62,990 bases of DNA from Eubacteriales bacterium (GCA_050309735.1 JBNRMS010000030.1:1-62990); one strand, 5' to 3'. Numbered from the stretch's first letter, positions 1 to 9,150 are shown. A program made the numbers and translations. Notes: generated by a model from the sequence alone, not told the origin.

Positions 1-2061
1 ATTATTTTCAAGTATACTGTAATAATAAATCGGTAGCGCAGACCAGCCGTGGCAGAGGCTGCCCGCGCCCCCAAAATCGGCCTCGCCCTTGATTGTCTCC
101 CAGGCGGCGGTCGCTCCGCGTGAGAGCATATAGCCGTAAACGCGGTCAAGCTCGGCAAGAATCGCGCCTGCATATTTTTCGCGGTCTTGGGCGAGCAGTG
201 CGTCAAAGCGGAAGCAATTCATGCTAAGCGTGTTTGGAATGCTCGCATATCCGAAGTTGTCCTCTCCGTTTGAGACAAGCAGCCGCAATATGCGGCTTTT
301 ATCAAGCCCTTCGGCGGCCGAGCATAAAAGACAGACCGAATTTGTCAGCACGCTGTATTCGCCGCGTCGCCTATCGTCATATGACTCAAAGAGCAGCGTT
401 TCCGAGTTGAAGAATCTCTCTCTCACCGCCTGCGCAACCGCCGCGGCGGCGCCGGCATAGCGCTTGCTATCCTCTGCATATCCGAGCAACGCCGAGATTG
501 AAGACATGGCAGAGAGGCCGAGCGAGAAAAATGCGTTTAGCGGCGCCTCATATCCGGGGTTATCCTCCTTCATCTTGCCGCTCATACCGGGCGACCACTC
601 ATAAAAATTCCAACAGCCAAGAAAGCTCAAAATAAGCCCGGTCTTGTCAATCCGCGACAAGAAAAGCTCAATAAGCCGCAAGAGCATCGGATACAGCTCC
701 TTGGCAAGCGTCATGTCACCCGAATAATCGGTATATTCCTTCACCTGTATAAAATACATAAGCGAGAAAAAGGGGATGGGATAGTCAAGCCCGGCGGGAT
801 AGCAGAGCGACAGAAGGCCGTCAGAACGCACTCCCTTTGAAATCAAATAAAGCGAGGCGCGCGGGAAGATATATTCGCCGAAAGCATAATAACCTGCGAG
901 CATTTGGTTGCGCGAGTCCATTGTGTATAGAGCCTGCTCGCGCCAGGGGCAGTCCTCGTAATGTTCGTGCATACACTGGCGAAGCGTGTTAACGCACATA
1001 TCATAAATCTCGGAGCGCAGCCTATCCTTCCCCTTGTATTCATTAACCGAAACCCGATACATAGTCGGTCTTATCCCGAGATAATTAATCACAATTCTGT
1101 CGGCCGGCACAAAAAGCTGAAGATATCGGCAGCCAAAGCGCCGGAATGTGTTAAGATATTCATTCCTCCCGCCCTTGCTCCGGTATTCTGCGCTGAAGTT
1201 TCGCACCGCAGTGCGGCATCTGCCGTCGGTTATGTGCTCGCCATAGCCTATGTCAATTGAATAAATCCCGTCAATCTCGATATCAAAATCAAGAAAGCCG
1301 GCAGTTATGCTCAAAAGGTCGGTTATAATATAAATCCCGTCGCGCCCCGGCTCTTTTGTGATTGTGAGAGGAAAGGAGGTCAAGGGGGGCTCGGCCTCTG
1401 TCAGTTCGGCGTCGCGCATTCTGATCTCGGGGGGCGCGGCGGAGTCCTTATATGAAAACGAGCCGTATTTCACAGGCACTGACGGCATACGCGGCATAAG
1501 GTCGAGCTTTTTTATCGGCCTGAGATGAAAATCCCGCGATATGTCGCCAACCACTCTACTCTCCTCAAACCCCTCCCGACCGCCAGTTATAAAACCGTCG
1601 TAACCGGTCATGTCATAGCTGTATGTAAATCCGAGCTGAACCGAAATATTTCGGCAACCGCCCGAGATATAGTCGCGCGAGAGCCTTGAGAGAGTCTTAT
1701 CTGACGAGGCGGCAACCACCCTCCCCGAGCATATCACCTCAAATATCAGCCCCGCCTCGCCCTTTATGTATGTCTGGGAGTCGCGGCCGTAATACCATAC
1801 TACTATTACAAGTCTGTTCTCCCCGTCTCTTACAAGGCCGCCAATATCAATCTCGTCATAGACCTTATAGGAGGGATAGTCAGCGTATTGCCCGAAGGCG
1901 GCCAGCTCCCCGTTTAGATATGCGGTATAGTTTGAGTCGCACGCAATTCTAAGACGGCAGTCCTTACCCGCTCTGCAGGTGAAATTGCAGAGAAAGTCGG
2001 CATATTCGTCGGCGCTGGCAGCCGAGTTGCGCCAAATCCAGTTAGACTCTTCAAAAACCAT
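1..2061 (-). CDS. Glycoside hydrolase, alpha-L-rhamnosidase (GH78)-like; 3' end runs off the left edge of the window
   Basis: The minus-strand frame is open from ATG at 2061-2059 (GAAGGGAAAAGAGAG just upstream) down to base 1 with no stop, so it is absent from the supplied ORF track. My own translation starts MVFEESNWIWRNSAASADEYADFLCNF. It contains RLRIACDSNYTAYLNGELAAFGQYADYPSYKVYDEIDI (rhamnosidase N-terminal domain pattern), and later DCPWREQALYTMDSRNQ and CHGWSALPIYYY (six-hairpin catalytic domain pattern). Confidence 0.7.
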   Translation of the reverse strand, partial: MVFEESNWIWRNSAASADEYADFLCNFTCRAGKDCRLRIACDSNYTAYLNGELAAFGQYADYPSYKVYDEIDIGGLVRDGENRLVIVVWYYGRDSQTYIKGEAGLIFEVICSGRVVAASSDKTLSRLSRDYISGGCRNISVQLGFTYSYDMTGYDGFITGGREGFEESRVVGDISRDFHLRPIKKLDLMPRMPSVPVKYGSFSYKDSAAPPEIRMRDAELTEAEPPLTSFPLTITKEPGRDGIYIITDLLSITAGFLDFDIEIDGIYSIDIGYGEHITDGRCRTAVRNFSAEYRSKGGRNEYLNTFRRFGCRYLQLFVPADRIVINYLGIRPTMYRVSVNEYKGKDRLRSEIYDMCVNTLRQCMHEHYEDCPWREQALYTMDSRNQMLAGYYAFGEYIFPRASLYLISKGVRSDGLLSLCYPAGLDYPIPFFSLMYFIQVKEYTDYSGDMTLAKELYPMLLRLIELFLSRIDKTGLILSFLGCWNFYEWSPGMSGKMKEDNPGYEAPLNAFFSLGLSAMSSISALLGYAEDSKRYAGAAAAVAQAVRERFFNSETLLFESYDDRRRGEYSVLTNSVCLLCSAAEGLDKSRILRLLVSNGEDNFGYASIPNTLSMNCFRFDALLAQDREKYAGAILAELDRVYGYMLSRGATAAWETIKGEADFGGAGSLCHGWSALPIYYYSILENN

Positions 2062-2107
2062 CTCTCTTTTCCCTTCTTTTTTATAAATATTGAAAATTTT
2101 TTATTTC

Positions 2108-2247
2108 TATGGTATAATATACACATTAGCAGGTTTCGAAGAAACCTGCGATGTCGCAACGGCGAGGTAGCGCCCGGGAGATATTCACTTGCGACTATGG
2201 TATAATATATGCACTGGCAGCTTTTGCAAAAAGCTGCGATGTCGCAA
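2108..2247 (+). repeat. Dispersed repeat family 1, tandem copies A1 (full) and A2 (5' half)
   Basis: Both units start TATGGTATAAT (TGnTATAAT at 2110-2118 and 2198-2206). Each is followed by a 9-bp stem/3-nt loop hairpin (2129-2149 GCAGGTTTCgaaGAAACCTGC; 2217-2237 GCAGCTTTTgcaAAAAGCTGC) and then GATGTCGCAA. Unit A1 continues to GGGAGATATTCACTTGCGACTATG. Related copies lie at 34497(+), 35526(-), 40159(+) and 48104(-). Confidence 0.85.
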
Positions 2248-2306
2248 AAATAAAACAGCGTATGGAAAATTCGACTAACATAAATATAAGCAAGGGGGTG
2301 CTCTAA

Positions 2307-2711
2307 ATGAAGATTTACGCGTCGGCCGAAAATTATCTTGAAGCGATACTGGTTCTGCAAAAACGCGGAGAAGTCCGCTCGATTGATGTCGCCCGTCAGC
2401 TTGGGTTCTCGAAGCCCAGCGTCAGCGTGGCGATGAAACAGCTCAAGGAAAACGGCTATATCGAGATGGCGCGCGGCGGGAAAATCACGCTCACCGACAC
2501 CGGGCTTGAGATTGCCTCACAGATTTACGAGCGCCACACACTGCTTACCAATGTGCTGATGAGCCTTGGGGTTGACGAGGAAACAGCCAAAGAAGACGCC
2601 TGCCGAATCGAGCATGATTTGAGCAGCAAATCATTTGAAATGATAAAAAAGCACGTCGCAGAGTGCGGCAAGGCAAAGAAAACTGCCGAAAAAGCCGAGG
2701 ATAATAGTTAA
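2307..2711 (+). CDS. DtxR/MntR-family metal-dependent transcriptional repressor
   Basis: 134-aa ORF. The N-terminus MKIYASAENYLEAILVLQKRGEVRSIDVARQLGFSKPSVSVAMKQLKENGYI matches the winged-helix plus dimerisation layout of DtxR/MntR regulators. AAGGGGG lies 8 nt upstream of the ATG. Confidence 0.85.
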   Translation: MKIYASAENYLEAILVLQKRGEVRSIDVARQLGFSKPSVSVAMKQLKENGYIEMARGGKITLTDTGLEIASQIYERHTLLTNVLMSLGVDEETAKEDACRIEHDLSSKSFEMIKKHVAECGKAKKTAEKAEDNS

Positions 2712-2738
2712 CCGGGGTGAATTTGCCCCGGTTTTTTA
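2710..2738. terminator. Bidirectional intrinsic terminator between the regulator gene and folD
   Basis: AACCGGGG-tgaatttg-CCCCGGTT followed by TTTTT, with an A-rich left flank. It sits between convergent genes. Confidence 0.75.
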
Positions 2739-2750
2739 TGTGATTTTCGA

Positions 2751-3611
2751 TCAGTCATCCGTTCTGAGGCTGAGCTTTGCCGCGGCGAGCGTGTTTTTTA
2801 GCAGCATTGTAATAGTCATCGGGCCGACGCCGCCGGGAACGGGAGATATATAGGAAGCGACATTTTTAACACCTTCAAAATCAACGTCTCCGGCAAGCTT
2901 GCCATCGGGAAGTCGGTTAATGCCAACATCAATAACAACGGCGCCCGGCTTTACCATGTCTGCGCGAATAATCCCGGGAAGGCCGACGGCGGCAACCAGT
3001 ATATCTGCGCGGCGGCAGACCTCTCCTAGGTTTTTTGTTCTGCTGTGACAGATTGTCACAGTTCCGTTAGCCTCAAGAAGGAGCATCGCCATCGGCTTGC
3101 CGACTATATTTGACCGCCCGACCACAACACACTCCTTGCCCTCCACCGAAATCGCGCTATAATCAAGCATCGCCATAACGCCGGCCGGCGTGCAGGGCAA
3201 AAACCTGTACTCACCCGACATTATAAGCCCGGTGTTATAGGGATTGAAGGCATCAACGTCTTTTTTGGGGTCGATGGCGAGTATCACCTCTTTTGGGTCA
3301 AGGTGGTCGGGAAGCGGAAACTGAACGAGAATTCCGTGAATCCGCGGGTTATTGTTCAGCAGTGCAATAGTTGAGAGCAGCGCCTCCCGCTCAATCCCTC
3401 CGGGCAGCTCTATCACCTCCGAATAAAACCCCGCCTCAAGAGAGGCTCGTTTTTTATTTCTTACATAAACCCGCGAGGCGGGGTCGTCGCCCACAATAAT
3501 AACCGCCAGCCCCGGCACAACGCCGCACCGCTCCGAAAACTCGGCCGCCTCGGCGGCTATTTTTTTTCGCATCTCGCCCGATATCTCTCTGCCGTCAATT
3601 ATCATCGCCAC
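2751..3611 (-). CDS. folD: Bifunctional methylenetetrahydrofolate dehydrogenase/methenyl-THF cyclohydrolase
   Basis: 286 aa. Contains ASRVYVRNKKRA, GILVQFPLP, PCTPAGVM, VVGRSNIVGKPMAMLL and PVPGGVGPMT, which are hallmark FolD segments. Confidence 0.95.
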   Translation of the reverse strand: MAMIIDGREISGEMRKKIAAEAAEFSERCGVVPGLAVIIVGDDPASRVYVRNKKRASLEAGFYSEVIELPGGIEREALLSTIALLNNNPRIHGILVQFPLPDHLDPKEVILAIDPKKDVDAFNPYNTGLIMSGEYRFLPCTPAGVMAMLDYSAISVEGKECVVVGRSNIVGKPMAMLLLEANGTVTICHSRTKNLGEVCRRADILVAAVGLPGIIRADMVKPGAVVIDVGINRLPDGKLAGDVDFEGVKNVASYISPVPGGVGPMTITMLLKNTLAAAKLSLRTDD

Positions 3612-4656
3612 TCGACTTGTCCTCCGTTTTGTCGATTTCTTCGGTTAGATTTTGTTGGTCTTCATTCGCGCTCTCACCCAGATTGCCAGAAGCCTTCACG
3701 CCGCCCACAGCGTCGTTCTTGTTCTCAGTTACCCTCTTTTTAAAACCGGGATAGACCGGCTCATAGTCCATTCGCTCATATGCGGCCTTCTTTGCCAGAA
3801 TAAACCCGCGCAAGAGCAGCCCCCCTCCGATAAGGAAGCAGCAGAAGCCCACAACCTGAGACACCCGGAAAACGCCGACATACAGGCTATCGGTTCGCAG
3901 CCCTTCAATGAACATCCGCCCAAATCCATACCAGGTGATATACATAAGAAAGACCTGACCGTCGAATTTCTTCTTTTTATATAAAAGGTTTATAATTATG
4001 AAGCCAATAAGATTCCAGAGCGATTCATAAAGAAAGGTAGGATGAAAATAATGCATCACCGACGAACTCTCGATATTGGGAAGCACACCCATACGCAGGG
4101 TATAAAGCAGGCTTCCCTCGGTAACCTCGTATCCATAAGCCTCGCCGTTAACAAAATTTCCCCAGCGCCCGAGTATCTGACCTATCATAACTCCGGGACC
4201 GATGGCGTCGAGCGCCTTCTGTGGCTTTATCTTCTTCTTGCGGCAGACAAGCCAGACGGCAAGCGCGCCGCCGATTATCGCACCGTAAATAGCAATTCCA
4301 CCATTCCAAATCCCGATAAGGCTAACAAAGGTCTTCCATACATTAACCACTGCCGCCTCGCCAACCCCTTCTTTTACAACAAAATTCGAGATTCCGTATG
4401 TCAAAACATAGTAAATCCGCGCGCCTACAACGCCCGCGATAATTGCAAAAATCCCCATGTCAAGAAGGTCGTCAAGGATTATCCCCTCGTCGCGCGCGCG
4501 GCGCGCCGCGTAGATAATGGCAAGCATTATACCTACAGTGATGAGAATGCCGTACCAGCGCACCTCTATCTGTTTACCGAACAGCCTGAAGGCAAGCGCC
4601 ACCTCATTCATGGTAAACTCATCTATCCCGATTCCCGGGAAGGATACAGTCGTCAT
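3595..4656 (-). CDS. lgt: Prolipoprotein diacylglyceryl transferase with acidic C-terminal tail
   Basis: 353 aa, multi-pass. Contains VRWYGILITVGI, GRWGNFVNGEAYG and HPTFLYESLWNLIGF, typical of Lgt. It overlaps the folD start by 17 nt. Confidence 0.9.
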   Translation of the reverse strand: MTTVSFPGIGIDEFTMNEVALAFRLFGKQIEVRWYGILITVGIMLAIIYAARRARDEGIILDDLLDMGIFAIIAGVVGARIYYVLTYGISNFVVKEGVGEAAVVNVWKTFVSLIGIWNGGIAIYGAIIGGALAVWLVCRKKKIKPQKALDAIGPGVMIGQILGRWGNFVNGEAYGYEVTEGSLLYTLRMGVLPNIESSSVMHYFHPTFLYESLWNLIGFIIINLLYKKKKFDGQVFLMYITWYGFGRMFIEGLRTDSLYVGVFRVSQVVGFCCFLIGGGLLLRGFILAKKAAYERMDYEPVYPGFKKRVTENKNDAVGGVKASGNLGESANEDQQNLTEEIDKTEDKSSGDDN

Positions 4657-4657
4657 A

Positions 4658-5980
4658 TCATTCTTTTCCTTTCATTTCGGTGTTTTTATCCGAGGAAATC
4701 GGAGAAACGACAGACAGCGCAAAGGCCTCTCCAACAAAATATTTCCTCAAAAGCCTCTCGGCCTCGGTCACAGTAAGATGCGAGACAACACGCCCGTCCT
4801 CAAAAATATCAAGATCCCAAAAAGCGCAGCCGATAAGCGAATTGGCGATATCTTCTGTCGAATCGTAGCGCGCGATTATGTCTGCGAGCAGAACCCGCCG
4901 GCACCTCTCAAAATCTGCCGGGTCGATTCCCTCCTTGCAGAGCTTCTCTATATATTCCCTCACTCTTGAGTAAACCTCTTCGGGCCGCTCGGACGAACCC
5001 GAAACTATCACATGAGAATAATTTTCAGAATAATCATGGTTGTATAAAAAGGGTGAGGGCATAAGCCCGTCGTCATAAATAGCATTATATAGGTCGCCAG
5101 ACGAAGCAAAAATCATCCGGCAAAGAATCCTCAGCGTTAAATGCAGAGCGCGCCGCCCGGCAGGTTGGGGCGAGATATCGGCCCCCTTTATTCCAATGCA
5201 AAAAATCGGCTTTGAAACCTGCCGCTCAGCATAGCTCAACTCGCGGTGGACACCCTTCGGCTCGGAGGGTGTATATACCGCCGGCCGAGCCATAGGCTCT
5301 TGCGCGGCAATCTCGCGGGCAACAATCCCGGCAACCTCTGCCGGGTCAACCCGCCCGCAGACAATGCTCACCATGTTCGCCGCCCCGTAAAAAGCGCGAT
5401 GGCAGGAATAGAGCAGCTCGGGCGTTATGCTGAGGATGGACTCGACGCTGCCGCAAACCTTGTTTTTCACCGGGTGAGTGCTGTACATCACTTCGAGCAA
5501 ATTAAGGTAGCAAACGTCGTCGGGATCATCGTCATACATCGCTATCTCCTGAGAGATTATTCCCTGCTCCTTTTTCACAGTTTGGTCGGTAAAATACGGG
5601 TGGGTGACCATGTGAAGCAGCTCGCGATATGCATCCCTGAAATTATCGGTGCAGTTGAAAAGATATACCGTTCTGTCATGCGAGGTGTAGGCATTTGCCT
5701 CGGCGCCCAGCGCAGCAAAGCGCTCGAAAGAATCGCTCCCGTCCTCATTTGTGAACATTTTATGCTCGAGAAAATGGGCCGTTCCGTCGGGAATTGTGAG
5801 AGAATCCTCTTCGCCAAGACGAATAACGGTATCACACGAGCCGTATTTCAGTGCCACAAGCGCATATGTGTTTGTCATATCCTTCGGGAAAACATAAGTC
5901 ACGGGGCGGCCGGCAATTTTTATCCGGCAATATCTCTCGCCAAGCTCAAAAGACTCAAACCATTCAATATCATAGTTCAT
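4658..5980 (-). CDS. M16 (pitrilysin/insulinase) family zinc peptidase, catalytic-type subunit
   Basis: 440 aa with an intact inverted zinc motif HFLEH (GTAHFLEHKMF). It is adjacent to a second M16-like gene. Confidence 0.85.
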   Translation of the reverse strand: MNYDIEWFESFELGERYCRIKIAGRPVTYVFPKDMTNTYALVALKYGSCDTVIRLGEEDSLTIPDGTAHFLEHKMFTNEDGSDSFERFAALGAEANAYTSHDRTVYLFNCTDNFRDAYRELLHMVTHPYFTDQTVKKEQGIISQEIAMYDDDPDDVCYLNLLEVMYSTHPVKNKVCGSVESILSITPELLYSCHRAFYGAANMVSIVCGRVDPAEVAGIVAREIAAQEPMARPAVYTPSEPKGVHRELSYAERQVSKPIFCIGIKGADISPQPAGRRALHLTLRILCRMIFASSGDLYNAIYDDGLMPSPFLYNHDYSENYSHVIVSGSSERPEEVYSRVREYIEKLCKEGIDPADFERCRRVLLADIIARYDSTEDIANSLIGCAFWDLDIFEDGRVVSHLTVTEAERLLRKYFVGEAFALSVVSPISSDKNTEMKGKE

Positions 5981-5983
5981 AAA

Positions 5984-7270
5984 TCAAGCCTCCTCCCCAC
6001 CCTCTCCGGCAAGAAAATAAAGCGCCCTCGGCTCAACCAATTGAGCCGCCCTCGCAACATCGGCTATGCTAACCTCGCCTACTCTTTTAACAAAGCGCTC
6101 GGCCGAGCAATCGAGCCCGAGCGAGGCGCGCCCGAAGCAGAAGGAGAGAATAGAATAGGGGCTGTCTTCAATCTGCCGGTAGCTGTTTTTCATTGAGAGG
6201 AGCGCCGAGTCAAGCTCGGTTTGCGTTATTCTGCCCTTTTGCATATCATCGAGCTGCGAGAGAATTTCGGCTCGGGCAGCCTCTTTGGCAGAGCCGTCTA
6301 TCCCGCTTGATACATATATTATCCCCTTGTAATTCTCATAATAAGAGCCGCAATAATAGCATAGCGATAGGCGCTCGCGCAGATTCACAAAGAGTTTTGA
6401 GGAGGGCGAACCCCCGAAAATCTCGGAAAAAAGACACATAGCGTAGTATTCGGGAGTGTCGGACATAACCACTTGGCCGGCGGTAAAGCCCATCACAAGC
6501 TTTCCCTGCGTCACCGGCATCCTTAATTCTTTCTCTACAATCGGCCCCGGTTGAGTAGCTCTTATGTCAGGCGCGGGTCTTGAGGAGCGGCAGGCTTCTG
6601 TGGGCGGGAAGGCATCGGCGAGCACTTCCGCCACCTCGGCTCCGTCTTTTGCGCCGACATAGAAAAAATTAATATGCGAGCTCTCTCTCACCTTATGCCA
6701 GCGCTCGGTAAGTCTCCCTGCCGTCACCTCGGCTATATGCTCCTCGGTAACGCTGAAGCCGTATGGCTCGCCGCTACAAACAAGCTCGCGCGCTCGGTTT
6801 ATCGCGTAGAGCGAGGTGTTGTTTATCTCTGATTTTATTTTATCTATCTGCGAGTTTTTGGCAAGCCTCACCTCACTCTCACGCAAAAGCCCTCCGGGGT
6901 CGGTTGCCGGGCGGTGCCAGATGTCTGAGAGCAGCTCGACAACCCCGCGAAAAATTGAAAAATCACAGCTCACCGCCCCCTCGTCAAGGAAGTCGGCAAG
7001 ATATCCCACAACAAGGCTGTCGCCGTAATACCCCCCGCTCATGCCGATTCTCGCGGCGTAAAGCTCCTCAAGTCTTCTTTTCACTCGGGCATTTGTCGGA
7101 TAGCGCTCCACCCCGCGCAGAAGAACACCCGGAAAAAGCAGGTCGAGCGGTGTGCATTCATGATTAATTGGCAAGACAAGCGACATCGACAAAAGATTTT
7201 TCTTGAATTTATCGGTCTTTATCGCCCATAGCGTTGCCGAGTTTGATATTTCTATCTTCAGAGGCTCCAT
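5984..7270 (-). CDS. M16-family peptidase-like partner lacking the HxxEH motif
   Basis: The ORF is 5984-7297. I prefer the ATG at 7270 (MEPLKIEISN). I could find no HxxEH motif. The two-gene M16 arrangement is common in Firmicutes. The start is uncertain, and either start overlaps the tadA 3' end. Confidence 0.7.
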   Translation of the reverse strand: MEPLKIEISNSATLWAIKTDKFKKNLLSMSLVLPINHECTPLDLLFPGVLLRGVERYPTNARVKRRLEELYAARIGMSGGYYGDSLVVGYLADFLDEGAVSCDFSIFRGVVELLSDIWHRPATDPGGLLRESEVRLAKNSQIDKIKSEINNTSLYAINRARELVCSGEPYGFSVTEEHIAEVTAGRLTERWHKVRESSHINFFYVGAKDGAEVAEVLADAFPPTEACRSSRPAPDIRATQPGPIVEKELRMPVTQGKLVMGFTAGQVVMSDTPEYYAMCLFSEIFGGSPSSKLFVNLRERLSLCYYCGSYYENYKGIIYVSSGIDGSAKEAARAEILSQLDDMQKGRITQTELDSALLSMKNSYRQIEDSPYSILSFCFGRASLGLDCSAERFVKRVGEVSIADVARAAQLVEPRALYFLAGEGGEEA

Positions 7271-7763
7271 TGTTTTCCCCAATCTGATTATTCTCATTTA
7301 AAGGCGCTCCCGCCCGGCCGCGCTTGCGGCGAAAAAACTCCTGTAAAAGCTCGCGGCACTCGCTGCCGAGCACACCACCGCAAACCTCGTATTTATGGTT
7401 GAGCCCTATCGAATTGACATCGACGGCACTCCCAAGTGCGCCAAAGCGAATATCGCTCGCTCCGTACACAACTCTGTCAAGCCGCGCGTTCACAGCGGCG
7501 CCGGCACACATAACGCAGGGCTCAAGCGTGACATAAAGCTCGCAGCCAAATAGCCGCCAGCCACCTCGCGCCCGGCAGGCCTCGCTTATCGCAAGCAGCT
7601 CGGCATGAGCGGTCGCACATCTGTCGCTCTCGCGCCGATTATGAGCCGCGGCGATTATTCTGCCGTCGTAAACCACCACTGCGCCTACCGGAACCTCGCC
7701 AACCTCGGCGGCTCGCCGCGCCAATTTAAGCGCTGCTGCCATGAATTTTTCGTCTTTTATCAT
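7209..7763 (-). CDS. tadA: tRNA-specific adenosine deaminase
   Basis: 184 aa. Contains the CDA-fold motifs HAELLAI and PCVMCAGA, and VPVGAVVV near the N-terminus. Confidence 0.9.
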   Translation of the reverse strand: MIKDEKFMAAALKLARRAAEVGEVPVGAVVVYDGRIIAAAHNRRESDRCATAHAELLAISEACRARGGWRLFGCELYVTLEPCVMCAGAAVNARLDRVVYGASDIRFGALGSAVDVNSIGLNHKYEVCGGVLGSECRELLQEFFRRKRGRAGAPLNENNQIGENNGASEDRNIKLGNAMGDKDR

Positions 7764-8752
7764 AGCAATGAGGCAAACAGTATCATAAGCAGCATTAAGC
7801 CGCCCGATATGCAGGTGAAAACTATTATAGTCGGCGAGAAAAAGAGCCTTGCTGCCCTTCCCTCTTCGAGAGGTTTTTCGATATAGTCCTCATCGGCCTC
7901 AAAGATGACGCCAAAGCCGCTCTCCGAGAAATCTCTCTTCTTTTTCTTCCTGTCAAGAACAAGCAGAATTATCGCGCTGATTATTCCAAGCGCGAACACA
8001 GCGGCCTCAATATATGTTACCGCCAGAGCCGCCGCTCTTCCGGCAAGCCGGTCATACAGCAGCAGCTCTATGACAGACATAAGATTATTGGTAAAATGAA
8101 GAAGAACACATCCCCATATCGAGCGCGTGCGGACATAAATAAATCCGAGTACAATCCCGGCTACAAACGTGTAGAGAAGCTGTCCGGCATTTTGGTGCAT
8201 TAAAGCGAAAAGCGCGGCACTTGCCACTATCGCGGTGGTCTTACCGTAGGGGAGCAGATTTGTCAGTATAACGCCGCGGAAGAGAAATTCCTCGGCGAAG
8301 GCCGGAACTATCGCCGTTCCGATAAAGGCAAGAATGAGGAGATAGTTTTCGCTGAGGTCTATGGTCATAATCTCCTCGGTATATTTTGAATAATTGAAAA
8401 ACTCCATTAAATAGCTGTTAACATATGCCGCCGCGAGCACAACAGCAAGACCCGCGAGAAGCATAAGCGGTAAGGAAGCGCCGAGTCTTATCTCGGTCAT
8501 AACCCTCTCGGTGCGGTTTTTATTGCTTATCATATAGAAAAAACCGGCGGGAAAGAGGAAGGAGAAAAGATATATGCCCTCATTAAAAATCTGGTTAACT
8601 ATTTCAGCGCTTTTCTCATCCATCAGGCGAGAGGTGATCATTCCCACAACAAATGTTGCCGAGCTAAGTGTATAAAAAAGCGATACAAAAAGCAGCATTA
8701 CGGCGCCGACGCGCAGCATGGTGTTGCGATAATCCTTTTCAACATGGTTCAT
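7760..8752 (-). CDS. CPBP-family intramembrane glutamic endopeptidase (CAAX protease/Abi-like)
   Basis: 330 aa, multi-pass. Contains the motifs EEFLFRG, FALMHQN and HFTNN. Confidence 0.85.
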   Translation of the reverse strand: MNHVEKDYRNTMLRVGAVMLLFVSLFYTLSSATFVVGMITSRLMDEKSAEIVNQIFNEGIYLFSFLFPAGFFYMISNKNRTERVMTEIRLGASLPLMLLAGLAVVLAAAYVNSYLMEFFNYSKYTEEIMTIDLSENYLLILAFIGTAIVPAFAEEFLFRGVILTNLLPYGKTTAIVASAALFALMHQNAGQLLYTFVAGIVLGFIYVRTRSIWGCVLLHFTNNLMSVIELLLYDRLAGRAAALAVTYIEAAVFALGIISAIILLVLDRKKKKRDFSESGFGVIFEADEDYIEKPLEEGRAARLFFSPTIIVFTCISGGLMLLMILFASLL

Positions 8753-8896
8753 TTTGTCGGCATTCCTTTCTCGCGCATGATTCGGGCTCTTGGCTTTATC
8801 TGTTATAATATTGATAATATTATAATCCCATATATATCATTTGTCAATACAAGGGTTGTGCGAGATTTTTCGGCGCTCCCTTTTAAGGTGCAGAAG

Positions 8897-8930
8897 AGGG
8901 GCGCGCAATATTGCGCGCCCCGGCTTTTTT
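8897..8930 (-). terminator. GC-rich perfect hairpin at the end of the feo operon
   Basis: GGGGCGCGCAATATTGCGCGCCCC is a perfect palindrome directly after the stop of the small Cys-rich ORF. The clean T-run is on the plus-strand side and only TCTTCT is on the minus side, so the direction of action is uncertain. Confidence 0.45.
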
Positions 8931-9105
8931 ATTGGTTATTCTCATGGCAACTCCCCGACATCGGGCAACTGCCGCACCCCGAGCTACAGGAAGTGTTGCC
9001 TTTTTTCTTTTTCTTAATCATAGAAACCACAACAAGCGCCACTATGGCAACTAAAAGAGCGCTTATAATAAGCGTAGCCAGATTGGCAACCAGCCATGCA
9101 AGCAT
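8929..9105 (-). CDS. FeoB-associated Cys-rich small membrane protein (58 aa), not in the ORF track
   Basis: My own translation: AAGGAGG, then 8 nt, then ATG. The product is MLAWLVANLATLIISALLVAIVALVVVSMIKKKKKGNTSCSSGCGSCPMSGSCHENNQ*. That is one TM helix, a lysine patch and a Cys-rich tail, located 45 nt downstream of the feoB stop. Confidence 0.8.
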   Translation of the reverse strand: MLAWLVANLATLIISALLVAIVALVVVSMIKKKKKGNTSCSSGCGSCPMSGSCHENNQ

Positions 9106-9150
9106 AATAAGTACCTCCTTATTGCTTGGTTTATATTGGTTTATATATGT

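Noticed and set aside
4042-4776. 244-aa plus-strand ORF (with its 150-aa neighbour 4517-4969) opposite lgt.
   Set aside because: It is antisense to a gene with unmistakable Lgt motifs. The product is Arg/Pro/Ser-rich low-complexity sequence, typical of GC-rich shadow frames, and there is no RBS.
5246-6196. 316-aa plus-strand ORF spanning the junction of the two M16 peptidase genes.
   Set aside because: It is a shadow ORF antisense to two well-supported genes. It crosses their intergenic gap, which a real gene on the other strand would be unlikely to do.
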